Assembly: GCA_963726175.1 (NCBI GenBank)
Contig: CAVSBM010000012.1
Location: 13,004 to 77,003 of the forward strand
Direction of reading: 5' to 3'
Length of the DNA: 64,000 nucleotides
Origin: an uncultured Chloroflexia bacterium
GTDB lineage: Bacteria; Chloroflexota; Dehalococcoidia; GIF9; AB-539-J10
Shown piece after piece: positions 1 to 11,303 of this stretch (the first letter of the stretch is position 1; the number at the start of each line of letters is the position of its first letter). Under the pieces are notes generated by a model. The model made no database searches. It had not been told where the DNA came from and saw nothing but the letters and a program-made list of their open reading frames with translations. The position numbers and the translations under genes are program-made.

Positions 1-289
1 CGATGATTGCTTCGGCATCCTTGTCCAGTTGTCCGCCGGCAACATCTACCAGGATGCCAATAGGATAGCTGCCACCGCCTTTCTCTTCATCGTAAGGTTT
101 CAAATCACCTATGTCCGGGCCGATAATTTCTATTTTCTCATGCTCTATTTCATCAAGGCTTTTGACTGTTGCTAATTCAAACTTGTGTGCTGTTTTTGGC
201 CCACCGAACTCGATGTAGAGGTCTTCTTTCCTTATTACCTCACCTTCGTATTGAGGTCCGATATCAACATGAAATCCGTTTGCCATTTC
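1..289 (-). CDS. cdhC: Acetyl-CoA decarbonylase/synthase beta subunit (CdhC/AcsB), N-terminal part; the gene runs off the window start
   Basis: The reverse complement from ATG at 287-289 reads MANGFHVDIGPQYEGEVIRKEDLYIEFGGPK..., which matches the conserved N-terminus of archaeal-type CdhC. It abuts the cdhB stop, as in cdhABC operons. Confidence 0.6.
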
Positions 290-838
290 TTATGCTCCTT
301 TCTTTAAGTTATCTATTAAGCTTTCCAGGAATGCTTTCCATTGCTCATCTTTTCTGAAATTGGGAAGAGAATAGTTTGCATTGGGGAAGTAATACTTGCA
401 CAGTGTCATGGTTTTTAAATGAGGGGCGAAATGCTTGAGCACAGAGAGACCCTGCTCTCCGAGATCGCTCCTTATGCCGAAGAAGAGCACCAAATCATGG
501 TTACCTTCCTTCTTGACCCCCCGCCAATTTGGGTCCTTGAGGGCATTGATTATCTCCACAACATCATAGAAACTATCCGGCTTTACCCCCAGCTCCGCCA
601 TCTTCGCTCTAACGTGAGCCGTGGCGCATGTGGGAATATTGGCAGCCTTGGCAATCTCGAGAGCATATTCTATGAGCAGCCTGCCATCAAGCGACGACTT
701 CAGCAGAAGAGGGCCAAGGACGAGAAGCGGCCTTTTTGCTTTTTGTATCAGGCCAGCATATTCCTGGGCATCTTCTATTAGCCTTGCTGACTTTATCCCG
801 GTTAAGACGTTTACCCTGTGATATGGTATTACACTCAT
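290..838 (-). CDS. cdhB: ACDS epsilon subunit CdhB
   Basis: 182 aa ORF with a QKAKRPLLVLG region typical of CdhB. It sits between cdhA and cdhC. Confidence 0.65.
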   Translation of the reverse strand: MSVIPYHRVNVLTGIKSARLIEDAQEYAGLIQKAKRPLLVLGPLLLKSSLDGRLLIEYALEIAKAANIPTCATAHVRAKMAELGVKPDSFYDVVEIINALKDPNWRGVKKEGNHDLVLFFGIRSDLGEQGLSVLKHFAPHLKTMTLCKYYFPNANYSLPNFRKDEQWKAFLESLIDNLKKGA

Positions 839-850
839 TTTCCCCTCCTT

Positions 851-3160
851 CTAATGTATCACTGCATCCACAGAAACCTTGCTGGGATAAGTCCCGATAA
901 GGGTGGGAAGTCCCACAGGCTCCCTGGGTTTCCAGCCGATCTTTTGGAGGTATTCACGCACCTCTTTCTTATAGACAAGCGGAATATCAGGGTCCCTGCG
1001 CACAAAGAGGTGAATGTCCTCAGGAAGACCGCCACCCATGAATTTCTTGTGCAGGGAGACGTAATGGTTTAATTTTATCGCCCTTCCCTGAGGGGTATCA
1101 TTCTTCCTTATGCACAACTTGGGAATCATCACCATAGCCTTCTCTTTAGTCTCACATACATAGGCCAGGTGCTCAGGAGAAGGCTCTCCAGTATCCACAA
1201 TTTCCTTCTTCCTAGCATCCATAACTCTCCAATCATCCTCTTCCTTTCTCGAGAGATACAACCTTCTATATTTGGAGGAATGAGGTCCAAGTATCACAGG
1301 GATGCCCAACCTGTTGCAGCCTGTGCCGATGGAAGCAGCCTTCTGTGAGTATGCACCCCAGGCTATTCCCACAGCGCCCACGCGATTGAGGACATAATCA
1401 GCCATCACTTCGTAGTTTCCTCTCAAGGGCAGAGCAGCGAAGATATTGGCGATTTTTATTGCCGCTCCGGTGATATGGCTGTTGGCAACGCAGGAGCCAA
1501 CGTTCACTACCCCTCCAGCCTCAAAAGCAGGAGGATATTTCTCATATACAGTCTTGCCATCGGCATCCTTCCACATTCCAGCAACCATACTGGTGCACCC
1601 CGAAACAACCACGATGTACTTTCTCTTGGCAAATTCATCCACCATCTCGGCAATGTCTCGAATGTCAGGAAAGTTGGAGCAACCTACAAGAGCAACCACT
1701 CCGGGAATTGTGCCCAGAGTTATAGGTGCCCCGACAGTCCGTATCTCCGTATCCATTATCGGACCACGCCCAGCCCTCACCTTCCACTTTTCCATGCTCG
1801 CTGCTACCTGCATTATCTTGAAGATGGGAATCTTGCGAGGACATTCTGCCTCGCACTTTCCACAGCCAACACAGAGATTGAATTGCTCCCTTATCAGATC
1901 AAAATTGCCCTTGGCGACCTCAGCTATCCCAGCGCCAATGTTGAAAAGGTTAGGGCATACCTGCTCACACATGCCACAGACATTACACTTCGTGGCCAGT
2001 TCCTTGGCCTCCTCCTCCGTCAGCCATTCCTTTCTCCTCTGGGGAGCAATTGCCATCGCCACCTTAGCCGCTACCTCGGCTGCCTTTCGAGGGTCAAGGA
2101 TGGCAAAATGCTTCTTTATCATCTACCATCTGCCTAACTATCTCTGCAGTATCCATCTCAGAGGCATCTTCAAGTCCATACATAGCCTTGTCCAGAGTAG
2201 CTATGAGCGATGACCCAGCTTTAGATGCCTCTATCGGCATATCGGTCCTGATACACTGCTCATCGGTCATTATCACATCGGCAATGCCACTTCGGATGAA
2301 GAAAAGCTGCCGGGAAAAAGGACCAACGACTTTGGCTCTATCAGAATATCTGCTTGTCTCCAGAGCAGTGCAACAGACGCCGCACACTTCAACCTGGTCA
2401 TAAAGATTATTCTCTCGGAGGTAATCAATAACTACGGTTGAAGTAGCTGGATTATGCCCCACAAACAGGATTACCGGTTTGCTTTTGTCCACTGATGCCC
2501 ACCCCAAATCTATCAGAGGTGTATCAGCAACTGAAGTGGGGTAATTGAATCCCACTATCTGAGCAATATCAGCCACTTCCATGCCTACATGGTCCAGCAT
2601 CCCAGCATGCAGAGCTTTCGATTCATAATCCAAGTAGCTGCCCTCTTGTCCCATTGCAGTGGAATCCAGAAGATGGGTGACCTCTTTGAAGACATATTCT
2701 ATGAGCTATTTGCAAGGTCTCCCAGAGTCTCAGGCTTCAAGCCCACAACCGTCCTTATGTGCGGTGCTTCGATATTGATTGATCCGCCTAAATCTATCTT
2801 TTTATCCGGACCGTACCTTTCAATCAAGAACTCCAAAATGTGCCCACCATGAGCAGCATGAGCGGAGCATCCCATCAAGCAAGATAAGAGCACCCATCTT
2901 GCTTGTTGAGTAGCTATATCAATACCGCAGGCCCCTCTCCTTGTCTCGGTGAGGTCACATTTGCCATAGGTACACAAGCAACATAAATCACAGAATGGCG
3001 CATAAAAAGGCGCATATGTTTTCAATAACCTCATGTCCCAATTTCTGAGGTCGGGAATTTCCGGCATCGGCGTGGGACCGACTGGCTCCCAGGGAATCTC
3101 TGCTTTTATCTTCTTATGAATCTCTTCTAATTTGCGCGTTATTTCTTTTACTTCTGCCAT
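851..3160 (-). pseudogene. cdhA: CO dehydrogenase/ACDS alpha subunit CdhA, split into three ORFs (2699..3160, 2094..2654, 851..2122) in minus frames 1/2/1
   Basis: The N-terminal piece has CxxC-rich motifs (CDLCCLCTYGKCD, ACGID). The middle piece has GVCCTALE. The C-terminal piece has two ferredoxin-like CxxCxxCxxxCP motifs (CNVCGMCEQVCP, CVGCGKCEAECP). Together they sum to about 760 aa, as expected for CdhA. There are two frame changes. Confidence 0.65.
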
Positions 3161-3164
3161 TTTC

Positions 3165-4070
3165 TTACCTCGCTCCTATCGTTTCCTTTATTAATTTCAA
3201 GGTCTCGGGATGCCTTAAGACAAGGATATTTGCCCCAGCCAGGAGAAGCGATAGCGCTGTCATCCCTTCCCAAAGCAATCCTTGTTTCTTGTTTTCCTTA
3301 GCCTGTTTTGTCTTCCAGCATTCCCCACCAAGATTGGCAATAATCGGCATCATGGTCATACTGTCTTTGGTGATAATTCCAATCTGTTTTACCCGCTCAA
3401 TCAAAGAGAAACTATATTCCATGCCATAGCCCAGCGCAGAAGACAAGGGGTCGATCACAATCCTGTCTGGAGGAAATATCTTACTCAGTTTGACATTCAA
3501 CTCTTTAAGCAAATTGATATCCAAAGGACTTTGAGCAATAGCCGTATGCCCATGGTCCAGAATCGCCTTGCCTACCGCTTCGTAATTTTCCTTAAGCACT
3601 GGACCTATAAGGAGGTTCATTCCATCGCACACTTCAGCCACCTTGGAAAGAACTTCAACATCCTTCTTCTCGTCTCCCGAGCCATAGACAATCAAAGGCA
3701 CAGTTATAGCTTCGGCTATTTTTTTGGCCAATTCCGCTGCTTTGTCGGCAGGAGCGTTCTTGACTGCCGGGTCGGTACTCATAAGGAACAGTGACACTGC
3801 ATCCACACCAAAGCCTTGGCATTTCTTAGCCCAGCTAACCGGGTCGGAAATTACATCCTTGAAGGGCTCGACTGTATGCTCTGGCCAATCCTCAGGCTTC
3901 ATATCAAGAACCTCCAGGGCAAACTTCACCGGATTTGGATTTGAGCCCTGGTCAAAAAAATGAAGGGGAAGAATATTTTCTCCCCCAATCTTCAAACTCT
4001 TATTGCCTTTCCCTATAGTTACCTCTCTAACTACCCCGGTATACGCTTCTACTGGTGCTTTATAGTCCAT
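3165..4070 (-). CDS. cdhD: Corrinoid/iron-sulfur protein small subunit (CdhD/AcsD)
   Basis: 301 aa protein located between acsE and cdhA. The TIM-barrel-like delta subunit size and composition fit CdhD. Confidence 0.7.
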   Translation of the reverse strand: MDYKAPVEAYTGVVREVTIGKGNKSLKIGGENILPLHFFDQGSNPNPVKFALEVLDMKPEDWPEHTVEPFKDVISDPVSWAKKCQGFGVDAVSLFLMSTDPAVKNAPADKAAELAKKIAEAITVPLIVYGSGDEKKDVEVLSKVAEVCDGMNLLIGPVLKENYEAVGKAILDHGHTAIAQSPLDINLLKELNVKLSKIFPPDRIVIDPLSSALGYGMEYSFSLIERVKQIGIITKDSMTMMPIIANLGGECWKTKQAKENKKQGLLWEGMTALSLLLAGANILVLRHPETLKLIKETIGAR

Positions 4071-4082
4071 TCTTTACCCTCC

Positions 4083-4970
4083 TTAACTTTCCAGCCAGGC
4101 ATCGGAGTACAAAGTCTCTCCCATAAGAACCTTGGCTGTCTTAACATACTCAACTTCCTTTTGAGATAGGGCGGAAAGGTCTATATCCTCCTTGTCCATG
4201 GTCTTATGAATAAGTCCAGCAATCTTCGGCATCTCTCCCTTGGTCAGGCTCATAAGCTCTTTATCCAAAGGATCAGCAATGGCAGAATAAAGGCCATTTC
4301 TCCCCAGCATTACCAGGTAGGTGCGATTAAGAAGCGGCCTGAGTTCGTCTGGTACCCCATTGGATACATTGGAAAGCCCCACTGTTGATTTGACGCCAGG
4401 CAAAACATCCTCAAGTATCTTGATGAATTCCAAATTTGTCACGGCGAACCTCTGTCCCTCGCCGGCGGTACTCACGGGAAGAATTATAGGGTCAACCCAG
4501 ATATCTTCGTTGGGAATGCCCAACTCGTTGGCATATGTCACCGTGTCCATAATACTCCCTATCTTAGAATCAACATCGGGCGGCATTCCCTTGTCCGTCA
4601 TCACCGAAATCACTACTTCGCAGTTGTATTTCTTGGCCAGAGGAAGCATGTTCTGTTTGGAGTCAGTCTTCCCCGAAGCAGAGTTGAGCAAGGGTCTCTT
4701 CTTACAGTGTTTCAAGCCGGCTTCCATAGCTACCGGATTCATGGTATCTATGGATAATGGTAGATTGGTGACTTCTTGGACTGTGTTGAGCAACCACTGC
4801 ATGGTCTCTTCGGTGTCTTTTTTCATCGGACCAACATTCAAGTCAATGTAATCAGCTCCAGCTTCAGTTTGGGCTTTAGCCAAATCACGGATTACTTTGG
4901 CATCTCTCTCTCTTATCGCTACGGAAACTGCCTTGGCTATGACATGTATGTTCTCGCCAATAATGACCAT
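4083..4970 (-). CDS. acsE: Methyltetrahydrofolate:corrinoid/Fe-S protein methyltransferase (AcsE, pterin-binding)
   Basis: Motifs IIGENIH, DLNVGP, LSNVSNG, LLNRTYLVM and SAIADPLDKE align with Moorella AcsE. GGAGGT lies 8 nt upstream of ATG at 4970. The ORF track's upstream start at 5015 is probably not used. Confidence 0.8.
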   Translation of the reverse strand: MVIIGENIHVIAKAVSVAIRERDAKVIRDLAKAQTEAGADYIDLNVGPMKKDTEETMQWLLNTVQEVTNLPLSIDTMNPVAMEAGLKHCKKRPLLNSASGKTDSKQNMLPLAKKYNCEVVISVMTDKGMPPDVDSKIGSIMDTVTYANELGIPNEDIWVDPIILPVSTAGEGQRFAVTNLEFIKILEDVLPGVKSTVGLSNVSNGVPDELRPLLNRTYLVMLGRNGLYSAIADPLDKELMSLTKGEMPKIAGLIHKTMDKEDIDLSALSQKEVEYVKTAKVLMGETLYSDAWLES

Positions 4971-5166
4971 ATCGAGTACCTCCGATTCGTTGGTTTGGGG
5001 TCTGGGATAAACCATCGCAATATAGCAAGGAAAAATCTATTTGTCAAACCCTTTGGTGCAGAGCCTTCACTATCTAATTAACGTCAGTTTCAGCACTTTG
5101 CTATAATCTCTGCGAATATTGGACAGCAGGCAGAGAGGAAAATTCTGGCGATTACGTCTCGAGTAA

Positions 5167-5835
5167 ATGGCTAAAGATTACTACGACATTTTGGGCGTAC
5201 CCCGGAACGCCTCAGACACAGAGATTAAGAAAGCCTACCGTAAACTGGCCATGCAATACCATCCCGATCGCAATCCCGGGAAACAGAAATGGGCTAATGA
5301 GAAATTTAAGGAGATAAACGAGGCTTACGGAGTCCTGGGTGACCCTCAAAAAAGAAGGCAGTACGACCAATTTGGCACTGTCGGCAATATAGGCGACATC
5401 TTCGGCAGTCCGTCCACTGCAACCACTTTCGAGGAAATGATGAAGGACTTTGGCGGGGCCGGTTTGAGATTCGATTTCCTCGACGATGTATTCGGCGACT
5501 TCTTGAAGGGCAGAGGGTCATCCTTCTCTTTTAGGAGCTTCGGCGGTGGACCTGGGAGAGTCGTATTTGAAGCTCGGCCGGGGCAAGAAACCAATCTGGA
5601 CGAAATATTTGGTCAGGCTCGAAGACCCCGGCGTCAGGAAGCTCGTTATGAGCTTGCAATTAGCCAAAAAGAGGCTTCGCAGGGGGTGAAGAAGATACTG
5701 AAGAGAAAGGGCAAGACATTGGAGGTGAAGATTCCTGCCGGGGCAAGAACTGGCAGCGTAGTCAAATTGAGGAATGCTCGCCAGATAACCGATGGCCTGC
5801 CCGGCGACATTTTGATCAAAGTCATAGTTAAATGA
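5167..5835 (+). CDS. J-domain (DnaJ/CbpA-like) co-chaperone without zinc-finger domain
   Basis: N-terminal DYYDILGV...HPDRN J-domain with HPD motif, followed by a G/F-rich linker. No CxxCxGxG repeats are present. Confidence 0.75.
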   Translation: MAKDYYDILGVPRNASDTEIKKAYRKLAMQYHPDRNPGKQKWANEKFKEINEAYGVLGDPQKRRQYDQFGTVGNIGDIFGSPSTATTFEEMMKDFGGAGLRFDFLDDVFGDFLKGRGSSFSFRSFGGGPGRVVFEARPGQETNLDEIFGQARRPRRQEARYELAISQKEASQGVKKILKRKGKTLEVKIPAGARTGSVVKLRNARQITDGLPGDILIKVIVK

Positions 5836-5856
5836 GTCCGCAATTGCGCAGGGACA

Positions 5857-6492
5857 ATGAAGAAGACAAGAGTAAGTTTTCCCTCCGGTGAGCTATTCCT
5901 CGAAGGAATAGTGGCTATACCCGAAGGTGCCAGCTGTTCCCCTGCCATAATAGTCTGCCATCCTCATCCCCTCTACGGCGGCAGCATGGATAATAATGTC
6001 GTCTATAGCCTCTCTGAGACACTGGCACAAGCCTCGTTTGTCTCATTCAAGTTTAACTTCCGTGGGGTAGGCGGCAGCCAGGGAGAGTTTGGTCAGGGAA
6101 TAGGTGAGCAAGCAGACGTGGAAGCCGCCATTTCCTTCGTAAGTACGCTCAAGGAAGTCGATCCCGAGAGAATCGGGCTTGCCGGCTATTCTGCCGGCGC
6201 TGGCTTTGCGCTTCCCCTTGGCTCTAACGATGGTCGAATTAAGGCTCTGGCGGCAATCTCGCCCCCGCTCGATATGTTCAACTTTGACTTCCTCAAAAGC
6301 TGTCCCAAGCCAAAATTTCTTATCTCAGGAAGTAGAGATAATTTTACAGCCGCCGACCAGTTCCTTGAATTCTGCCAGAATCTGGCCGAACCAAAACAGT
6401 GTGAAATCATTCAAGGGGCAGACCATTTCTGGTGGGAATATGAATCCCGCCTGGCTGCCAAAGTGACTGCCTTCTTCATCAAAGTATTATAG
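5857..6492 (+). CDS. Alpha/beta-fold serine hydrolase
   Basis: GYSAG nucleophile elbow (GxSxG), an HPHPLYGG oxyanion region and a C-terminal ADHFW His region. Confidence 0.65.
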   Translation: MKKTRVSFPSGELFLEGIVAIPEGASCSPAIIVCHPHPLYGGSMDNNVVYSLSETLAQASFVSFKFNFRGVGGSQGEFGQGIGEQADVEAAISFVSTLKEVDPERIGLAGYSAGAGFALPLGSNDGRIKALAAISPPLDMFNFDFLKSCPKPKFLISGSRDNFTAADQFLEFCQNLAEPKQCEIIQGADHFWWEYESRLAAKVTAFFIKVL

Positions 6493-6522
6493 GTTTAACC
6501 TAACTTCGGGTGGGACGTGACA

Positions 6523-7503
6523 TTAAGAGACAAACTCCAGTATTTCTCTGAACGCTTTCTCCTGCATTCCCAAATATTCATCATACCCCTCTAAATTAAG
6601 CTTCCCGGCCAGTATAATCTTACCGATAGGCCTGTCTATAACGCTGGCTAAAATGTAGTTACTCGTAGAGTCCATTAACCTCAATGCCCATAACTCCCTC
6701 TCTGTAGGCGGCGCCATTATCTTCAGCTCTTCCCCCACTTTTAAGTCCCAGGGGAAACTCTTCCTGACTTCTTCAATGTCCTTCTCATCTTGCCAGGGGA
6801 ATACCTCGGCTAAATACAGCTCATGGGTCTCGGAGTCGAATCTGAAGACTCCTCTGTTAGTGGCCACAGCCGAAGGCCCTCCTCCCACCAAGTTCGCCTT
6901 CTTCCGGGCATCACGACTGCCGTCGAGGAAACCAAACTCAGTCATATAGTCAACTTTCTTCACCCATTGCCGGGGATTAAACTCCCCAGTGTAAACCACT
7001 CTCCCCGCGGACGATGCTATATCGCCTCCACCGCCACTGCCATTCATTTTCAATTGCTTTCCAGTGACATAGCTAACATTCACATTCCCATACTTATCCA
7101 TCTGGGCAAATCCCAGATAAGCTACATCAATGAAGCCCGACTGCTGGTCTATGAACACCTCAGGAAGACTCTGATGGCACATAGCCATTGTGCCTGCCGC
7201 GTTATCAGCCGGACTGATTAGGACAGCAACGCTGGGAAATCCAATATAGCCTGCCTCGGCCACCAGTATGACATTTGGCGTGTGCACTAATTTCGCTACA
7301 GCACCGGCCAGGTCGGAAATGCCGATACCCACAAACACGACTTCCCTATCTCTTACTTCCCTGGACCCGGCGCAACATACAAGCTCGGGAGGTGTATACT
7401 TCTTCCTCATTTCTTCAAGTTGCTCTGGCGTGTATTTTTCCCTGGTAGTATACAAATGTCCCATTTTCATACTCCTTTTATAGTTTTCGTCAGGGTCCCT
7501 CAC
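6523..7503 (-). CDS. CoA-transferase family I, subunit B-like
   Basis: 326 aa ORF coupled to the upstream subunit A by a stop/start overlap. It has a glycine-rich GSGGGGD region typical of 3-oxoacid/glutaconate CoA-transferase beta subunits. Confidence 0.55.
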   Translation of the reverse strand: MRDPDENYKRSMKMGHLYTTREKYTPEQLEEMRKKYTPPELVCCAGSREVRDREVVFVGIGISDLAGAVAKLVHTPNVILVAEAGYIGFPSVAVLISPADNAAGTMAMCHQSLPEVFIDQQSGFIDVAYLGFAQMDKYGNVNVSYVTGKQLKMNGSGGGGDIASSAGRVVYTGEFNPRQWVKKVDYMTEFGFLDGSRDARKKANLVGGGPSAVATNRGVFRFDSETHELYLAEVFPWQDEKDIEEVRKSFPWDLKVGEELKIMAPPTERELWALRLMDSTSNYILASVIDRPIGKIILAGKLNLEGYDEYLGMQEKAFREILEFVS

Positions 7504-8552
7504 GCGGGTATTCTGTTTAGCTTATGCTCCGATTTAGCCAGCCTATCCAGTTTTTCCCAGCCTAACTTATCGCAATACTCGAAGTGGTTTTTGCAGCCAA
7601 AGACCCATTCATCAACCCATTTCAAAGCTCCGTCACGACTTTGTCTCTGTAACAAGAGAGATATGAAGTTCATGCTGTCCACTGTGTAGCATCCAAAACA
7701 ACCTGTGGGATGGCAATTAAAGGGCAGGAGGACGACGGCATCGGTACAATAGGCTGGTATCACCGTCAGTCCCGGGTTTTCATACATCTTTTCGGTGGGG
7801 ACAAGCTCCTCGGTAAGCAGGACTACATGCTTGGCGGCCCTGGCTTTCCAGTAATCCGTTCCCTTGAAACCCCATATCTGACCGTTGCCCCTCCGGTCTG
7901 CCCGATGAACTGAGATGAAGGCAACATCTGGTTTGTAAGCCGGGATAAGGATGAGTGGCTTGTTCTCATAGGGGTCAGTTATTTCCTTGATTTCCTTATT
8001 ATATTTGGGGATATCGGAGCCAATTGAGGAGCGGCAGGGCATGAAGGGCACATTGAATGCCCCGGCTACGAATCTCAATGCAACTTGAAAATTCGTCCAG
8101 TCTACTATCTTCAATGGAGGCACATCAGATTTAACCTTATCTTTGGGCGTGGCCAGAACTCCGCCTGCTTCAACCGGGCGTGGTAAACCTTCCTTAAGAC
8201 CGCGCTCCAGAGCAGGCGTGCCAGAAATACCACCCACCTGGCGTGTCATGGCATAGGCTGTGTCTATCCTGTCCAGTGTTCCCAGCTCTACCAGCAAATC
8301 TATACCTTCAAAAGTGCCACTCTCATCTATAAGAGATAGATTCTTCTTTCCCTGACGTGCTATCTCTCTCATGACGGACTCAGGCTGCCGCCACATAACA
8401 AAACCTCCCATGCAGAATGAATCACCATCATGTAAAAATGTTTCCACCGCCTCCTTCTCCGTCATCACCTTGTTCAACCTCTTTTTATAGTCTGTGTCCC
8501 TGGCCCTCTCTTCATAATCTATTGTCCTCAGTCCTTTTACTGCCATTTCCAT
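7500..8552 (-). CDS. CoA-transferase family I, subunit A-like
   Basis: GDSFCMGGF and ESGTFEGIDLLV regions resemble glutaconate/3-oxoacid CoA-transferase subunit A. AAAGGAGG lies 5 nt upstream of the ATG (MEMAVKG) at 8552. Confidence 0.55.
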   Translation of the reverse strand: MEMAVKGLRTIDYEERARDTDYKKRLNKVMTEKEAVETFLHDGDSFCMGGFVMWRQPESVMREIARQGKKNLSLIDESGTFEGIDLLVELGTLDRIDTAYAMTRQVGGISGTPALERGLKEGLPRPVEAGGVLATPKDKVKSDVPPLKIVDWTNFQVALRFVAGAFNVPFMPCRSSIGSDIPKYNKEIKEITDPYENKPLILIPAYKPDVAFISVHRADRRGNGQIWGFKGTDYWKARAAKHVVLLTEELVPTEKMYENPGLTVIPAYCTDAVVLLPFNCHPTGCFGCYTVDSMNFISLLLQRQSRDGALKWVDEWVFGCKNHFEYCDKLGWEKLDRLAKSEHKLNRIPA

Positions 8553-8639
8553 ACTGCCTCCTTTCTTAGTCACTGCCCAAAAGCCCGACATTTTCGATGG
8601 TCCTAAACCCGGATTCTCCAATGCCAGTCATGGTGTTCA

Positions 8640-9083
8640 TTATCGCAGATGAAGGACATCCTCCAGGATACACGCAGCATCATAGACGAAGCCAGGGCAC
8701 TTGTTCTCAAACACCCCGCTCTCTCTTGCTGCCTTACGTCCGCGGGAACTACTTAAATCATAACCGAGCAGTTCCTTACACTCAATAGAGCCATGAAGCG
8801 CTGTAAACCTATCAATGAGCTCCTTCACCAACTTGTGGGTTTCTTGTCGAGATTCTTCGTCGGCCAAACTCGCCTGACCCTGCTTCAACCCAACAACCAT
8901 TAGTGCACCCGTCACAGCACCGCAGGTTCTGCCCGTGCGTCCTATTCCCCCGCCAAAACCACACGCAATCTTCAAAGCCAATTCTTTTTCTAGACCAAGC
9001 TGTTTGCTATATGTGGAGAATACCGCGGGAGCGCAAGAAAACCCTTTCTCAAATTGCTTTTTTGCTTTCTCTGCTTTACTCAA
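8640..9083 (-). CDS. C_GCAxxG_C_C family putative redox-active protein
   Basis: 147 aa ORF with the SCAPAV...GFGGGIGRTGRTCGAVTGALMVVGL signature of the C_GCAxxG_C_C family. Confidence 0.7.
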   Translation of the reverse strand: MSKAEKAKKQFEKGFSCAPAVFSTYSKQLGLEKELALKIACGFGGGIGRTGRTCGAVTGALMVVGLKQGQASLADEESRQETHKLVKELIDRFTALHGSIECKELLGYDLSSSRGRKAARESGVFENKCPGFVYDAACILEDVLHLR

Positions 9084-9311
9084 TGCTACCTCCTTTAATC
9101 ACTTTAAATGATATCAATATGCCAGCTCTTTGCGCCTATCATATCTTTATAGACTTCACAGTGTAAAGCCTGTTTCCAAATCCGCTACACACACGACAAT
9201 CAGATACACACGTCCTGGCTTTTTGTTGCCAGGTGGGTTGACAGTTTACTGACATCGTGGCACATTATTAGTTATTCCTGCTGAGGCCAGGGATTTCACA
9301 TCTTTCCACGG

Positions 9312-9777
9312 TTGGAAGGGAGGTACCACATGAAGATAAGGGATCTGCTGAAAATAAAGGGCCGCCCGGTAATTACTATTAGGCCAAATGAAACCGTTGC
9401 CGCGGCCATTCAGAAACTAGCCGAATATGACCGGGGGTCAATCCCGGTTTGCAACGAGAAGGGCGAGCTAGTGGGGATTATTACGGAAAGAGACATAGTA
9501 AGAAAATGTTTTGTGCGTATGGGCGCCCTGGCCAGCACTCAAAATTGAAGATGTGATGACCAAGGGAGTAGCTATAGGCGCTCCTGAGGACGATTTGGAC
9601 TACGCCATCAGCGTTATGAAGCAGAAGAGAATCAGGCACCTTCCTATCGTAGACCAGCAGCAGGTGGTGGGCATGATTTCAATGCGCGATTTACTTGACG
9701 TGCAGTTGAGTGAGACCAAGGCAGAGATCCGTTATGCCGGGCTATTGCCTAGGCCACCCCGACGACCTCCGGTCTAG
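9312..9777 (+). CDS. CBS-pair domain protein, split by an apparent frameshift near 9520-9545
   Basis: ORFs 9312..9548 and 9511..9777 each carry one CBS domain (GIITERDIV and GMISMRDLL). The frame changes by 1 between them. Confidence 0.55.
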
Positions 9778-9893
9778 CATTATCTATCTTATCGGTGCCA
9801 CAGTTGGCCACACAATCCGGCTTTTTGTGACCATAGCTATCGGGAACGATTGAAGCACTTCGGAAAGTAGCAGCCTATCAAACACGGCAACTG

Positions 9894-11259
9894 TCATGCG
9901 CGCTTTCTTCTTCTCCTCATCACATTCAACAACACAACGACAAAGATTACGCCAGCAACAGAAATAAGAATGATAGTTGTGGTTGACATCCCTGACGGTT
10001 GTTGAACTGTCACTGTGGCTCTCATAGTGTCAGAGGTATAGGAATTACCTAAGGAATCCCAGTATTCGACCTGCACCTCAAGTATGTAGGACTTGGGCAC
10101 AGCGTCAGCATCAACTCTTATCCTGAACCTGGCTAAGCCGCTTTCGTCAGGTTGGAGTGTCCCGATATAGGCGGTATCATCAGTGGTGGAAAAAGGAGCA
10201 GTGGCAAACGGATTGACAATATTGATCCTGGCGACGGCGTCTTTTGCCTCATAGTCGCCGGCATTCACAATAGGAATGGTGATAACCCTCTCAGACCCCG
10301 GAGTAAGACTGCCATCCACCTGAACAGTCTGAACCTCAAACGTCAACTCGCCCTCTACCATTACACCTATGGTCAGCAGCGACTGTCTCGGCTATGTCCC
10401 TGTCATCTTTGTATTTGACTAGAATGCCGACAGAGGAATCCTTAGCAATCGCCTCTTTTGAGACCGACACCTTTAACTGAGTAGTAACTGAACTATTCCC
10501 GGACATATCTCCCAGAAAACTGGCTGGGCCAACAGGGGAGATACTAGTTCCCGGGGCTATTTCGGCAGTAACGCCATACGCCTCACTGGCCCCATTGTTC
10601 TGGATGTCCACCGTAATAATGCCTGTCGCTCCAGCTCTGACTCCCTCCGTCTGGGTGACTACTGCCGAGAAATAGGTGCCGACAACCGTTATCGATATCT
10701 GCGCTTGCTGCACTCTACTGCCCCAGTGAAAATCAAACTGAGGCGATGTCGTCTCTCCAGGATTGAGCCAATCAACATCGCTGAGATATTGGTATTCCAG
10801 TTTCAGGTCAAGCTTATAGGTGCCGGGCTGGGCATCTTTGTGGATATAGAGCTGGAAGGTAAGTGGTTGCGTAGTAGACATACCCCTGGACAGTGTACCA
10901 ATGGACGCTGCCCCACTCACGACTTCAATTGAAGACGACCCGGATGTCAAAGTGGCAGTGACACCTACAGCGGTTGTGCACGGTGGCACCAGGGCGACAC
11001 CGGTAGCGGTGAGATAGCCCATTGCCATGACCTGGTCGGCTGGATCTTCAACATCTCCCGAAAAAGTTCCTATATTCTGAACCATTATCTGGAAGGTTCC
11101 GATCTGGCCAACTGGAAGCTCCTGGCTCCCCACCACCGTCACTTCCAAATTAGGTTTCCCGCTCACCGCAGCTAGCACGGACGTAGTAGTTCCCACAATC
11201 GAGGCAAGCAAAGCCACCACTGCCAAGATTATCAACCAGAAGCGCATTTTGTTAATCAC
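9894..11259 (-). CDS. COG1361/CARDB-like cell-surface protein with signal peptide and C-terminal TM anchor, frameshifted near 10336-10361
   Basis: N-terminal signal peptide MRFWLIILAVVALLASIVG. The body is Thr/Ser/Val-rich beta-rich sequence. The C-terminus is a TM helix plus RRRRKRA. The gene follows an ABC-2 exporter pair, as is common for this family. Confidence 0.55.
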
Positions 11260-11303
11260 TTATCCCTCCGTATTTCTTAGACTATTAAACAATCAGCTTT
11301 CGT

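Noticed and set aside
1446-2213. Plus-strand ORFs 1446..2213 and 1475..2137 (255 and 220 aa)
   Set aside because: They are fully antisense to the conserved cdhA C-terminal segment. They are low-complexity and Ser/Ala-rich with no motifs.
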